From: an uncultured Ruminococcus sp.
GTDB taxonomy: Bacteria; Bacillota; Clostridia; Oscillospirales; CAG-272
DNA: 64,000 nucleotides
NCBI GenBank assembly: GCA_964621755.1
Contig: CAZUPI010000003.1
Coordinates: 10,006 to 74,005 of the forward strand
Direction of reading: 5' to 3'
The position numbers were made by a program, and so were the translations under genes. The number at the start of each line of letters is the position of its first letter. Position 1 is the stretch's first letter. Below, piece after piece: positions 49,922 through 59,472 of this stretch. The notes beneath the pieces are model-generated. The model saw only the letters and a list, made by a program, of their open reading frames with translations, was not told where the DNA came from and did not search any database.

Positions 49922-52303
49922 ATGGCATATACAGTTATCAAACGCGACGGAAAGTCGGTCTCTTTTGATATCAACAAAATCTCTGCCGCTATCAAAAAGG
50001 CGTTTATCGCTTGCGGCATTTCGTATGACGACAGCATCATTAATCTGATTGCCCTGCGCGCTACCGCAGACTTTGCTGGAAGGGTTTACAACAATTCTAT
50101 TGGTGTAGAGACAATTCAGGACAGTGTCGAGAGAGTTCTCAGTGAGACCGGGTATACGGAGGTCGCAAAGGCATACATTCTTTATCGTAAACAGAGAGAG
50201 AAGGTCCGCAATACGGAGAAGACTCTTCTCGATTACAAAAAACTTGTCGATGAATACCTTGGAAACCTTGACTGGCGTGTCAAGGAAAACAGCACGGTCA
50301 CGTACTCTGTCGGCGGTCTTATCCTTTCGAACAGCGGTGCGATTACAGCCAATTACTGGCTGTCCGAAATCTATGACAGGGAAATTGCCGATGCGCACCA
50401 GTCTGCGGCGATACACATCCACGACCTTTCTATGCTCACCGGATACTGCGCCGGATGGTCGCTCAGGCAGCTCATCAAAGAGGGACTCGGCGGCGTTACC
50501 GGAAAAATTACCTCCCGACCCGCCAAGCATCTCGTCACCCTTTGCAACCAGATGGTCAACTTCCTCGGCATCATGCAGAACGAGTGGGCGGGCGCGCAGG
50601 CGTTCTCCTCGTTCGATACCTATCTGGCCCCCTTTGTGAAGAAGGATAATCTTTCGTTTTACGAAGTCAAAAAGTGTCTCCAATCCTTTATTTTTGGCGT
50701 CAATACCCCGTCAAGATGGGGTACGCAGGCGCCGTTCTCAAACATCACCCTCGATTGGACTGTCCCCGCTGACCTTGCGGAGCTTCCCGCTATCGTGGGC
50801 GGCGTAGAACAGGACTTCAAATATAAGGACTGTAAAAACGAAATGGATATGGTGAACCGCGCGTTTATGGAGCTGATGATTGAAGGGGATGCGAACGGAC
50901 GCGGCTTCCAGTATCCCATACCGACGTACTCCATTACCTCCGACTTCGACTGGTCTGAGACGGAAAATAACAAGCTCCTGTTCGAAATGACAGCCAAATA
51001 CGGCACGCCGTACTTCTCCAACTACATCAATTCCGACATGGAGCCGAGCGACGTCCGCAGTATGTGCTGTCGTCTCAGACTTGACCTCCGTGAGCTCAGA
51101 CGCAAATCGGGCGGCTTCTTCGGAAGCGGCGAATCGACCGGTTCGGTGGGAGTCGTGACCATCAATCTCCCCCGTATCGCTTATCTTGCAGCGGACGAAG
51201 CAGATTTTTATGTTCGTCTTGACAAAATGATGGATATTGCAGCGCGTTCGCTCAAAATCAAGCGCGAGGTCATATCCGGACTTATGGAAAAAGGGCTGTA
51301 CCCTTATACGAAACGCTACCTCGGCTCGTTCGATAATCACTTCTCCACAATTGGGCTGGTGGGGATGAATGAAGCGTGCCTCAACGCAAAGTGGCTTGGC
51401 AAAAATATCGCTGACGAAAAATCACTGCAATTTGCAAAGGACGTCCTCAATCATATGCGCGAGAGACTGTCTGATTATCAGGAGCAGTACGGGGACCTTT
51501 ACAATCTTGAAGCAACCCCGGCGGAATCCACAAGCTATCGCCTTGCCAAGCACGATAAGAAAACATATCCCGATATCATCACCGCGAACGAAAACGGAAC
51601 CCCGTACTATACAAATTCTTCGCACCTCCCGGTCGGCTATACCAGCGATATTTTTGAAGCGCTCGATATTCAGGATGAACTTCAGACCCTTTATACTTCC
51701 GGTACCGTATTCCACGCGTTCCTCGGCGAAAAGCTGCCCGACTGGAAGGCAGCTGCGAGACTTGTCCGCAAGATTGCCGAGAACTACAAGCTGCCGTACT
51801 ATACCATAAGCCCCACCTATTCCATATGCAAAAACCACGGCTATATTGCGGGCGAACATTACGAATGCCCGGAATGCGGCGAAAAAACTGAGGTTTACAG
51901 CCGAATCACCGGATATTACCGTCCTGTGCAGAACTGGAACGACGGCAAGTCGCAGGAATTCAGGGACCGTCGCCTGTACGAAGTGAATTCCGCTTCCCTT
52001 GACGGAAAAACAGAAGATACTCAGCATTCTCATCCTGACGAGGGAGAAAAGAAGTCTGCGGCACTTGAGGACGGCATCTACTTGTTCGCAACTGTGGCCT
52101 GTCCGAACTGCCGTGTGGCGGAAGCAAGACTGACAAAATGCGGCGTTTCTTATCAGAAGGTGCTTGCGGAGGAAAGTCCCGACCTTTGCCGTACGCTGGG
52201 CATTACCCGCGCTCCTACGCTGGTCATATCCAATGACAGAGAGCTGACGGAATACGGAACCATTTCCGACATCATAAAATTCTGCGAAGCGTCAAATCTA
52301 TAA
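49922..52303 (+). CDS. nrdD: Class III ribonucleotide reductase with N-terminal ATP cone and C-terminal glutaredoxin-like domain
   Basis: VIKRDG ATP cone; HIHDL, MCCRL, EATPAES, Zn ribbon, YSRITGY glycyl loop; CPNC...APTL tail. Confidence 0.95.
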   Translation: MAYTVIKRDGKSVSFDINKISAAIKKAFIACGISYDDSIINLIALRATADFAGRVYNNSIGVETIQDSVERVLSETGYTEVAKAYILYRKQREKVRNTEKTLLDYKKLVDEYLGNLDWRVKENSTVTYSVGGLILSNSGAITANYWLSEIYDREIADAHQSAAIHIHDLSMLTGYCAGWSLRQLIKEGLGGVTGKITSRPAKHLVTLCNQMVNFLGIMQNEWAGAQAFSSFDTYLAPFVKKDNLSFYEVKKCLQSFIFGVNTPSRWGTQAPFSNITLDWTVPADLAELPAIVGGVEQDFKYKDCKNEMDMVNRAFMELMIEGDANGRGFQYPIPTYSITSDFDWSETENNKLLFEMTAKYGTPYFSNYINSDMEPSDVRSMCCRLRLDLRELRRKSGGFFGSGESTGSVGVVTINLPRIAYLAADEADFYVRLDKMMDIAARSLKIKREVISGLMEKGLYPYTKRYLGSFDNHFSTIGLVGMNEACLNAKWLGKNIADEKSLQFAKDVLNHMRERLSDYQEQYGDLYNLEATPAESTSYRLAKHDKKTYPDIITANENGTPYYTNSSHLPVGYTSDIFEALDIQDELQTLYTSGTVFHAFLGEKLPDWKAAARLVRKIAENYKLPYYTISPTYSICKNHGYIAGEHYECPECGEKTEVYSRITGYYRPVQNWNDGKSQEFRDRRLYEVNSASLDGKTEDTQHSHPDEGEKKSAALEDGIYLFATVACPNCRVAEARLTKCGVSYQKVLAEESPDLCRTLGITRAPTLVISNDRELTEYGTISDIIKFCEASNL

Positions 52304-52320
52304 TGTCAATTCAATATTGG

Positions 52321-52356
52321 ATTCCGGACTGTATGTTTGAGCAGTTCGGAATTTTT
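52321..52356 (+). terminator. Probable terminator of nrdD
   Basis: ATTCCGGACTG-N10-CAGTTCGGAAT followed by Ts. Confidence 0.65.
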
Positions 52357-52500
52357 ACATGAAAATCTGTGGTTAAAACGAATAATAATTCTGCATAAAT
52401 GGGTGCATTCAATCATCCAAATAAACCGTTGAATTGCAATAGATATTGTGGTATAATAGAAAAGATAAGATTTGAAGAAAGTGCGAGGAAATATGAAAAA

Positions 52501-54081
52501 TTGAAGAAAATCTTTATAACTATACTTGCCGCGGTGCTTCTTGCGTTTGCGGTGAGTGCAGTCGAGATAAACACCGGCGCCTACCGCATCCAACGGACCT
52601 ACAACGGCGAATTCACTGACGTGCCGCAGAGCGCGTGGTATTACAACGAAGTGGCGTCCGCTTATTCGCTCGGCTTGATAGACGGTGTAAGCGCAACAAC
52701 CTTCGACGCGGATGGAAATCTGACCATCGCCCAGTTGATAAAGTTAGCTTCCTCATGCCATCAGCTGCTCACGACCGGTGAGACGACAGCCGTCGCTGCC
52801 ATCGGCTCCAACTGGTATGACGGCTATGTTGCCTATGCCACAAAGTACGGAATCGTCACCGAGGAATATGAAAACTACAACGCTGCGGCAACCCGCGGAC
52901 AGGTTGCGGTGCTCTTTTCGCGTATGCTTACCGCGGCACAGGACAGCGCCAATATTGATGAAATAAACGCAATTGCTTTCGGCGACCTGCCGGACGTCGA
53001 TACGTCCGCATGGTATGCGAGCGCTGTATATCGCATGTACCGCTGCGGTATCATGACCGGAGACAGTGCACATCTTATCTATCCGGAATCTTTGGTAAAA
53101 CGCGGCGAAATTTCAGCAGTCCTCATCCGTGTGGTTGACACAAGCGCCCGCGTACAGGTAGACGGCAGTACTGCAACGCAGACTCCTTCTGTTACCGTGC
53201 CCAGCATTGACCCAACCCCGACCCAGACATACGGCAAAATCACCCTGTATGACGGAATCAAGACCGCGCAGAGCTTTTCCGGAATCACCGGCGTCGCGGC
53301 GGATTTCACCATTTCAGAGGGCATTTCCACTCTCGACAGCGCATATTCTCTCAGTCTTATCAACAACGTTGAGCTCGAAAGCGACTGCCTCTCCTTCCGC
53401 CTCTACGATGGATGCGGTTATGAGGCACTCGGCATTGTACGCGGCTGGCTGAATAACGAAGCAGTCGGTCAAAACGGAGAAGAAATAGACAGCATTGTCA
53501 ATACTTATGACGGCATCAACGGACTCATGTATATTTATATAAACGGCGTCCGCATCCCGGTATCACAGCTGTGGTACGCCGACCACCGCGGCAGCGACGA
53601 AGTGGAAAACTATACTACATACGCGTTCTACTTCGTTGACAGCATTGACCTGTCGACTGTATCCGACTTGAAATTTATGTGCGGTAAGCTCGACGCATCG
53701 GTTCTTGAGACAAACGGTCTGACCGAGCTGTCAAACTTGAACCAGAGTACCACCGTTCCGGCATATCAGAGCCAAACAACAGTCGACAGCGTGGTGAACG
53801 ATATATACACCTCTGCGGTAAATGATGTCAAGCAGAACGCATACGAAATCATATTCGAGTACGAAAGCGACCGTTGCCGCATCCTGTATGGCAGAGGACT
53901 CTACGGCGGCGGCGCCTCCGATTATCGCTTGGTGATGGTCTTCCACAACGGCACGACACAGACGGTATATGTTGGCGAGCTGGAAAGCATCCGCATCAAT
54001 TCAACAGGCGATGTTCTTTATTACAGCGTGATGGGTCCGGACGGAAAAACAATCGATTATGGCGTGAATTATAAAGGATAA
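52501..54081 (+). CDS. S-layer homology (SLH) domain surface protein with uncharacterised C-terminal region; start uncertain
   Basis: Signal peptide; FTDVPQSAWY, ATRGQVA, LPDV..SAWY and VKRGEISA SLH repeats; Thr/Pro linker. Confidence 0.85.
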   Translation: MKKIFITILAAVLLAFAVSAVEINTGAYRIQRTYNGEFTDVPQSAWYYNEVASAYSLGLIDGVSATTFDADGNLTIAQLIKLASSCHQLLTTGETTAVAAIGSNWYDGYVAYATKYGIVTEEYENYNAAATRGQVAVLFSRMLTAAQDSANIDEINAIAFGDLPDVDTSAWYASAVYRMYRCGIMTGDSAHLIYPESLVKRGEISAVLIRVVDTSARVQVDGSTATQTPSVTVPSIDPTPTQTYGKITLYDGIKTAQSFSGITGVAADFTISEGISTLDSAYSLSLINNVELESDCLSFRLYDGCGYEALGIVRGWLNNEAVGQNGEEIDSIVNTYDGINGLMYIYINGVRIPVSQLWYADHRGSDEVENYTTYAFYFVDSIDLSTVSDLKFMCGKLDASVLETNGLTELSNLNQSTTVPAYQSQTTVDSVVNDIYTSAVNDVKQNAYEIIFEYESDRCRILYGRGLYGGGASDYRLVMVFHNGTTQTVYVGELESIRINSTGDVLYYSVMGPDGKTIDYGVNYKG

Positions 54082-54093
54082 ATCAAGAGCACG

Positions 54094-54144
54094 TTAGGGG
54101 ACACTTTTGAAAGAAAGTGTCCCCTAAAACCTTTTCAAAAACTT
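54094..54144. repeat. Intergenic hairpin repeat, well preserved copy
   Basis: TTAGGGGACACTTT-TGAAAG-AAAGTGTCCCCTAA followed by AACCTTTTCAAAAACTT. Confidence 0.75.
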
Positions 54145-54210
54145 AGGCGCCGGATAGGGCAGGATAGAAAAAATTACATACTTTGTTCATCAAAAATTAT
54201 ATAAACCGTT

Positions 54211-54239
54211 TTGACATGACGTGCATTATATGATATAAT
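54211..54239 (+). promoter_or_regulatory. Consensus sigma-A promoter of ruvC
   Basis: TTGACA-17-TATAAT with extended TG. Confidence 0.85.
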
Positions 54240-54279
54240 ATATCATTACAATATATAATCGGAGAACTACTGAAATTTT

Positions 54280-54810
54280 ATGATAATTTTAGGAGTCGAT
54301 CCCGGGATAGCGATAGTCGGATGGGGAATTATAAATTATTCCGGCTTCGGGACCCAAATAAAGCCCATTGCATTTGGAGCGATAACAACAAAATCGACCG
54401 AAAAAACGGAAGACAGAATCCTAAAAGTCTTTGAGGAACTGACAGCGATAATCGATAGATACAAGCCGGAAGCCGTATCGATAGAGGAGCTGTTCTTCAA
54501 TACAAATCAGAAAACCGGCATTATTGTCGCGGAAGCGAGAGGGGTCATCCTCCTCGCCTGCCGCCGCGTCGGTCTTCCGATATATGAATACACGCCGCTG
54601 CAGATAAAACAAGCAGTTGTCGGTTACGGAAGAGCAGACAAGCGCCAAGTTATCGACATGGTGACCATGTTCCTCGGTCTCCAGAAGCCGCCAAAACCGG
54701 ATGATACCGCCGACGCTCTTGCCGCTGCCATCTGTCATGCCCACTCCGGCACTTCCAGGTTAGCTGAATTCTACAACAAACCAACCTCCATGGCTGGAAA
54801 AATAAAGTGA
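54280..54810 (+). CDS. ruvC: Holliday junction resolvase RuvC
   Basis: ILGVDPG, IEELFF, EYTPLQIK, GYGRADK, PDDTADALA. Confidence 0.97.
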   Translation: MIILGVDPGIAIVGWGIINYSGFGTQIKPIAFGAITTKSTEKTEDRILKVFEELTAIIDRYKPEAVSIEELFFNTNQKTGIIVAEARGVILLACRRVGLPIYEYTPLQIKQAVVGYGRADKRQVIDMVTMFLGLQKPPKPDDTADALAAAICHAHSGTSRLAEFYNKPTSMAGKIK

Positions 54811-54925
54811 TAAGGGAACGCGAAGCCCCATGAAGACTTTTCGAGCTGGAGGAAAGCATGATGATTGTGCAGGGGAATGGTGACTTTTGTACAAAAGGTT
54901 TTTGAGCGGGGTTGTGAGGAGATAA
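54811..54925. repeat. Highly degenerate intergenic repeat
   Basis: GAAGCCCCATGAAGACTTTTC ... AAAAGGTTTTTGAGCGGGGTTG modules. Confidence 0.4.
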
Positions 54926-54964
54926 GCGTTTTCAAGCAGAAAACAAAAACTAAAGGAGCATAGC

Positions 54965-55834
54965 ATGTGGGTTGCGGATAGATGGAAGGAATATGAATTG
55001 ATTGACTGCGAGGGCGGAGAACGACTGGAGAGATGGGGAAAATACATTCTTGTCAGGCCGGATCCGCAGGTCATCTGGAGCGGGGAGCGGAAGAATCCGC
55101 TGTGGAAGGAGGCACATGGCGTATATCGCAGACAGGGCGGCGGAGGCTCGTGGGTCGTCAACCGGATGCCTGAGAATTGGTGCATTTCTTATGGGAATTA
55201 CCGCTTTCGGCTACGGCCGATGGGCTTTAAGCACACCGGATTATTTCCTGAACAGGCAACAAACTGGGACTGGACGACCGGTGTGATTCAACGGAGGACA
55301 GAAGCACTAAAGGTGCTTAATCTGTTTGCCTACACCGGCGGCGCGACTGTCGCGTGTGCTATGGCGGGCGCCGCTGTATGCCATGTCGACGCGTCCAAGG
55401 GCATGACGAATGCCGCGCGCGAGAATATGCAGCTCTCCGGACTTGCCGATGCTCCGTGCCGCTATATCGTCGACGACTGCCGTAAATTTGTCGAGCGCGA
55501 GATTCGACGCGGCGTGCGCTATGACGGCATTATCATGGACCCGCCTTCCTATGGCAGAGGGCCGAACGGCGAGGTCTGGAAGCTCGAAGAGTGTGCCGCC
55601 GACCTTGCGAGACTTACTGTTCGCGTGCTGTCCGATAAACCCGCGTTCTTCCTCATCAATTCTTATACCACCGGACTTTCTCCCGCTACCATGGGCTATA
55701 TTTTGCAGGACGCTCTCCCGGAACGCTTGAGACGCGTGGCGTACGTGGAGTGCGGCGAAACCGGAATCCCCGTCGCCGATTCGGGACTTGTCCTGCCAAG
55801 CGGTGCTTCCGTACGGTGCGAATTTAAGTATTAA
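54965..55834 (+). CDS. Class I SAM-dependent methyltransferase (RlmI/YwbD-like)
   Basis: FKHTGLFPEQ, VLNLFAYTGG, HVDAS, MDPPSYG. Confidence 0.9.
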   Translation: MWVADRWKEYELIDCEGGERLERWGKYILVRPDPQVIWSGERKNPLWKEAHGVYRRQGGGGSWVVNRMPENWCISYGNYRFRLRPMGFKHTGLFPEQATNWDWTTGVIQRRTEALKVLNLFAYTGGATVACAMAGAAVCHVDASKGMTNAARENMQLSGLADAPCRYIVDDCRKFVEREIRRGVRYDGIIMDPPSYGRGPNGEVWKLEECAADLARLTVRVLSDKPAFFLINSYTTGLSPATMGYILQDALPERLRRVAYVECGETGIPVADSGLVLPSGASVRCEFKY

Positions 55835-55850
55835 AAATAAGGGAATACAA

Positions 55851-56759
55851 ATGCAATCTGATAAAATTCCAATTATAAAAGCCGAAAATATTACCTTCAC
55901 GTATCCCGGCGACAGCGAGTCCCAGCCTGTCCGTGCCCTCGACGGCGTGTCGTTTGAAATCGAAGAAGGCTCATTTACCGCCATACTCGGTCACAACGGA
56001 AGCGGGAAATCCACTCTCGCAAAGCTTCTTTGTATGATAAATTATCCCGACTCCGGCAAGCTCTGGATTCGCGGACGGGAGATGACCGCTGACGATATTA
56101 CCGACCGCGATATCCTTGACGCCAGACGGGATGTCGGGATGGTTTTTCAGAATCCTGATAACCAAATCGTGGCTACCATCGTGGAAGAGGACGTCGCGTT
56201 CGGATGTGAGAACCTCGGTATTCCCTCCGAAGAAATCCGCCAACGCGTGGATAGCGCGCTCGAAGAGGTCGGCATGACCAAATATGCACGCAGCGCGCCG
56301 CATAATCTGTCAGGCGGTCAAAAGCAGAGAGTCGCAATCGCGGGCGTTATCGCGATGAAGAGACGGTGCATCATCTTCGACGAGTCCACCGCAATGCTCG
56401 ACCCCATGGGAAGACGAGAAGTCATGAATACCGCGCTCAAGCTCAACCGCGAGGATGGCATCACCGTGATTCTCATTACTCACTATATGAACGAAGCTAC
56501 TATGGCGGACCGTATCATCGTCATGAATCAGGGGAAAATTCTGCGGGATGGCACCCCGTCCGAAGTCTTTTCCAATCCCGAAGCCATGTGGAACGCCGGG
56601 CTCGACGTCCCCCAGACGACAGAGCTCCTCTATAAAATGAAAAAAGCCGGACTCGACGTGCGGCTGGACGTCTTCGACGTAAACGAATGCGCGGCGGAAA
56701 TCGCAAACGCGATGGAACGGAAGGCGGAGAAGGAGAAGGTATGGCTACAATCGAACTGA
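55851..56759 (+). CDS. ecfA1: ECF transporter ATPase EcfA1
   Basis: GHNGSGKS, VFQNPDNQIV, LSGGQKQR, FDESTAMLD. Confidence 0.95.
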   Translation: MQSDKIPIIKAENITFTYPGDSESQPVRALDGVSFEIEEGSFTAILGHNGSGKSTLAKLLCMINYPDSGKLWIRGREMTADDITDRDILDARRDVGMVFQNPDNQIVATIVEEDVAFGCENLGIPSEEIRQRVDSALEEVGMTKYARSAPHNLSGGQKQRVAIAGVIAMKRRCIIFDESTAMLDPMGRREVMNTALKLNREDGITVILITHYMNEATMADRIIVMNQGKILRDGTPSEVFSNPEAMWNAGLDVPQTTELLYKMKKAGLDVRLDVFDVNECAAEIANAMERKAEKEKVWLQSN

Positions 56760-57631
56760 CAAACGTTACGTTTACTTATAATAAAAATGCCCCCTCCGCA
56801 ACGCGCGCTCTCGATAACATATCGCTGAAAATCGACGGAGAAGCCGATGGAATCACGGGACTGATAGGACATACCGGAAGCGGAAAATCGACCCTCGTGC
56901 AGCTGCTGAACGGCCTTCTGAAACCTGACACGGGGGAAGTAAAGCTGGATGGCGTCAACATTTGGGATGACCCAAAAAAGATTCGCGACGTCCGCTTTAA
57001 GGCGGGACTTGTGATGCAGTATCCGGAATATCAGCTTTTTGCGGAAACGGTAAGAGAAGACATCGCCTTCGGCCCCAAAAATATGGGACTCACGGGAGAC
57101 GAGCTGAACGCCCGTGTAGCGGAAGCTGCTAAGTTTGCCGGATTGTCCTCCGCTTTACTTGCAAAATCCCCGTTTGAGCTGTCAGGCGGTCAAAAAAGAC
57201 GGGCAGCTCTTGCCGGCGTCCTCGCCATGCGTCCGAAAATTCTCATCCTCGACGAACCGGCGGCCGGGCTTGACCCCGTCGGAAGACGTGATATCCTCGG
57301 CGGCATCAGAAAATATGCGAGCGAAAGCGGGACAACGGTCATCATCGTCAGTCACAGCATGGAAGATATGGCTATGTACTGTGATAACCTTGTGGTCATG
57401 TCGAATGCGAAAATCCTCATGCACAAAACCTGCGCCGAAGTTTTTTCTGAGTACCGCGAACTCATCGCTGTGGGGCTCGACGTGCCGCAGATAACCCGTA
57501 TCGCCTCCGCTCTCGCCGAGCACGGGATCGATATCGGAAACGACATTTACACGGTAGACTATGCCGTGAAGAAGCTGCTCAAACAGATGGAACAGGGGTA
57601 TAATAAAACCAAAGAGCCCAAACAGGTATAA
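56741..57631 (+). CDS. ecfA2: ECF transporter ATPase EcfA2
   Basis: GHTGSGKS, QYPEYQLF, SPFELSGGQKRR, LDEPAAGLD. Confidence 0.95.
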   Translation: MATIELTNVTFTYNKNAPSATRALDNISLKIDGEADGITGLIGHTGSGKSTLVQLLNGLLKPDTGEVKLDGVNIWDDPKKIRDVRFKAGLVMQYPEYQLFAETVREDIAFGPKNMGLTGDELNARVAEAAKFAGLSSALLAKSPFELSGGQKRRAALAGVLAMRPKILILDEPAAGLDPVGRRDILGGIRKYASESGTTVIIVSHSMEDMAMYCDNLVVMSNAKILMHKTCAEVFSEYRELIAVGLDVPQITRIASALAEHGIDIGNDIYTVDYAVKKLLKQMEQGYNKTKEPKQV

Positions 57632-57764
57632 AGCCCCGGATTCATAAATTATATACTATAGTAGAAAAAGGTATTTGGATGGGCGCGGGAAATCAGAGAG
57701 TGGAGAACAGAACTCCCTTCCGGAAAAAGCTCCCGCGCATACCGCCAAATAAAATTGCTGCCAT

Positions 57765-58592
57765 ATGAAATCTGATATTACGTTCGGGCAGTACTGTGAG
57801 GGGGATTCCCTGATTCACAGGCTTGACCCGAGAGCGAAAATCCTCCTTTCAATTTTGTATATTCTGGTGATTTTTCTGGCGAAGAGCGTAACTGCGTTTA
57901 TTCTGTTGACCATTTCCGCAGCCGTTTTCGTTGGACTCACGAAAATCTCGCCCGCCATGATTCTGCGCTCCATGCGGCCGCTGCTTTTCATCATCCTGTT
58001 TACTGCGGTCATCAACATCTTCTGGATGACGGGCGACAACCTCCTTTTGTCCTTCGGGCCGATTAAAATCTACCTTGAGGGTATCATCAACGCGGTGCTG
58101 ATTATCCTGCGCATCGTCCTTCTTATCGTCGCAACCTCGGTGTTCCTGACCTATACTACAACGCCGCTCGCGCTGACCGATGGGTTGGAACAACTTCTTG
58201 CGCCGCTTAAAAAGATTCACGTTCCGGTGCATGAGTTTTCCATGATGATGACCATCGCCCTGCGCTTCATTCCGACCCTCATCGACGAAACCGAGAAAAT
58301 CATGAATGCGCAAAAGGCGCGCGGTGCGGACTTTTCCACAGGAAACCTGATTCAGCGCGCAAAGGCGCTCATTCCGATTCTGATTCCGCTGTTCATCTCC
58401 GCTTTCCGCCGCGCCGACGAGCTGGCTACCGCTATGGAGTGCCGTTGTTATACCGGCGGCGAGGGCAGAACCCGCATGAACGTGCTTCACACCACCTCAC
58501 TTGATTGGATATTCGGCGCCGCAGTCATTGCGCTTGGCGGGGGCGTTATCCTTGTCAATCTTTATTTCCCAATGTGGGGATTGAGCATCTAA
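57765..58592 (+). CDS. ecfT: ECF transporter transmembrane component EcfT
   Basis: IHRLDPRAK, IALRFIPTL, AQKARG, AMECRCY. Confidence 0.95.
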   Translation: MKSDITFGQYCEGDSLIHRLDPRAKILLSILYILVIFLAKSVTAFILLTISAAVFVGLTKISPAMILRSMRPLLFIILFTAVINIFWMTGDNLLLSFGPIKIYLEGIINAVLIILRIVLLIVATSVFLTYTTTPLALTDGLEQLLAPLKKIHVPVHEFSMMMTIALRFIPTLIDETEKIMNAQKARGADFSTGNLIQRAKALIPILIPLFISAFRRADELATAMECRCYTGGEGRTRMNVLHTTSLDWIFGAAVIALGGGVILVNLYFPMWGLSI

Positions 58593-58598
58593 TAAATC

Positions 58599-59384
58599 AT
58601 GAAGCTTCTCTTAAAAATCGCCTATGACGGCACCGCTTACAGTGGCTATCAGGCACAGCCGGACAAACCGTCCATCCAGCGCACTTTGACCGATGCAGCA
58701 TCCGCTTGTTTCGGCTTCCCGTGCACTGTCACCGGGTGCAGCCGTACCGACGCGGGTGTCCATGCCCTCGGCTTCTGCGCCGCCATCGAACCTAAAGTCC
58801 CATTTGAAGACTGGCTGTCCATCCCCATCGGACGGGTCCACCGCGCCCTCCGACGCTTCCTGCCGCCGGATATCGCGGTCTGCAGCGAAGCCAGCGTCCC
58901 CGACGACTTTCACCCGCGCTATTCCGTTACGCGGAAAGAATACCTTTACCGCATGTACGACTCGGTCGCGGACGACCCGTTTCAGAATAACCGTGCGTGG
59001 CGCCTCAAGCATCCGATAGACGCCGACGCTCTTGCATGCATGAATCGTGCTGCCGATCCTATTGTCGGATACCACGATTTTACATCATTTATGGCGTCCG
59101 GCTCCAACATTATCGACGCCCACAGAACAGTCTATTCCCTCACCGTAAGCCGCAGCGACAAGTTCCTCGACCTCCGCATTTCCGCGGACGGCTTTCTATA
59201 CAACATGGTCCGCATCATCACGGGTACCCTTGTTGCATGTGCCTACGGTGCCCTTACCCCAGCCGCTATCCCCCAGATTCTGTCCTCCAAAAACCGCGCT
59301 GCCGCCGGTTCAACGGCTCCCCCGTACGGCCTCTACCTTGCCGAGGTAACTTACGACCGGGAGATTGAGTGGAAATTGGAGTAG
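58599..59384 (+). CDS. truA: tRNA pseudouridine(38-40) synthase
   Basis: YDGTAYSGYQ, SRTDAGVHA, FHPRY, GFLYNMVR, TAPPYGLYL. Confidence 0.96.
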   Translation: MKLLLKIAYDGTAYSGYQAQPDKPSIQRTLTDAASACFGFPCTVTGCSRTDAGVHALGFCAAIEPKVPFEDWLSIPIGRVHRALRRFLPPDIAVCSEASVPDDFHPRYSVTRKEYLYRMYDSVADDPFQNNRAWRLKHPIDADALACMNRAADPIVGYHDFTSFMASGSNIIDAHRTVYSLTVSRSDKFLDLRISADGFLYNMVRIITGTLVACAYGALTPAAIPQILSSKNRAAAGSTAPPYGLYLAEVTYDREIEWKLE

Positions 59385-59472
59385 GGGTCTCTATTCCCCT
59401 AAAACCTTTCGACTGGGTCGGAGCTCTATGGAGCCCTATCAATAAAAAATAAGAAAAAGCGGTACACAAACG

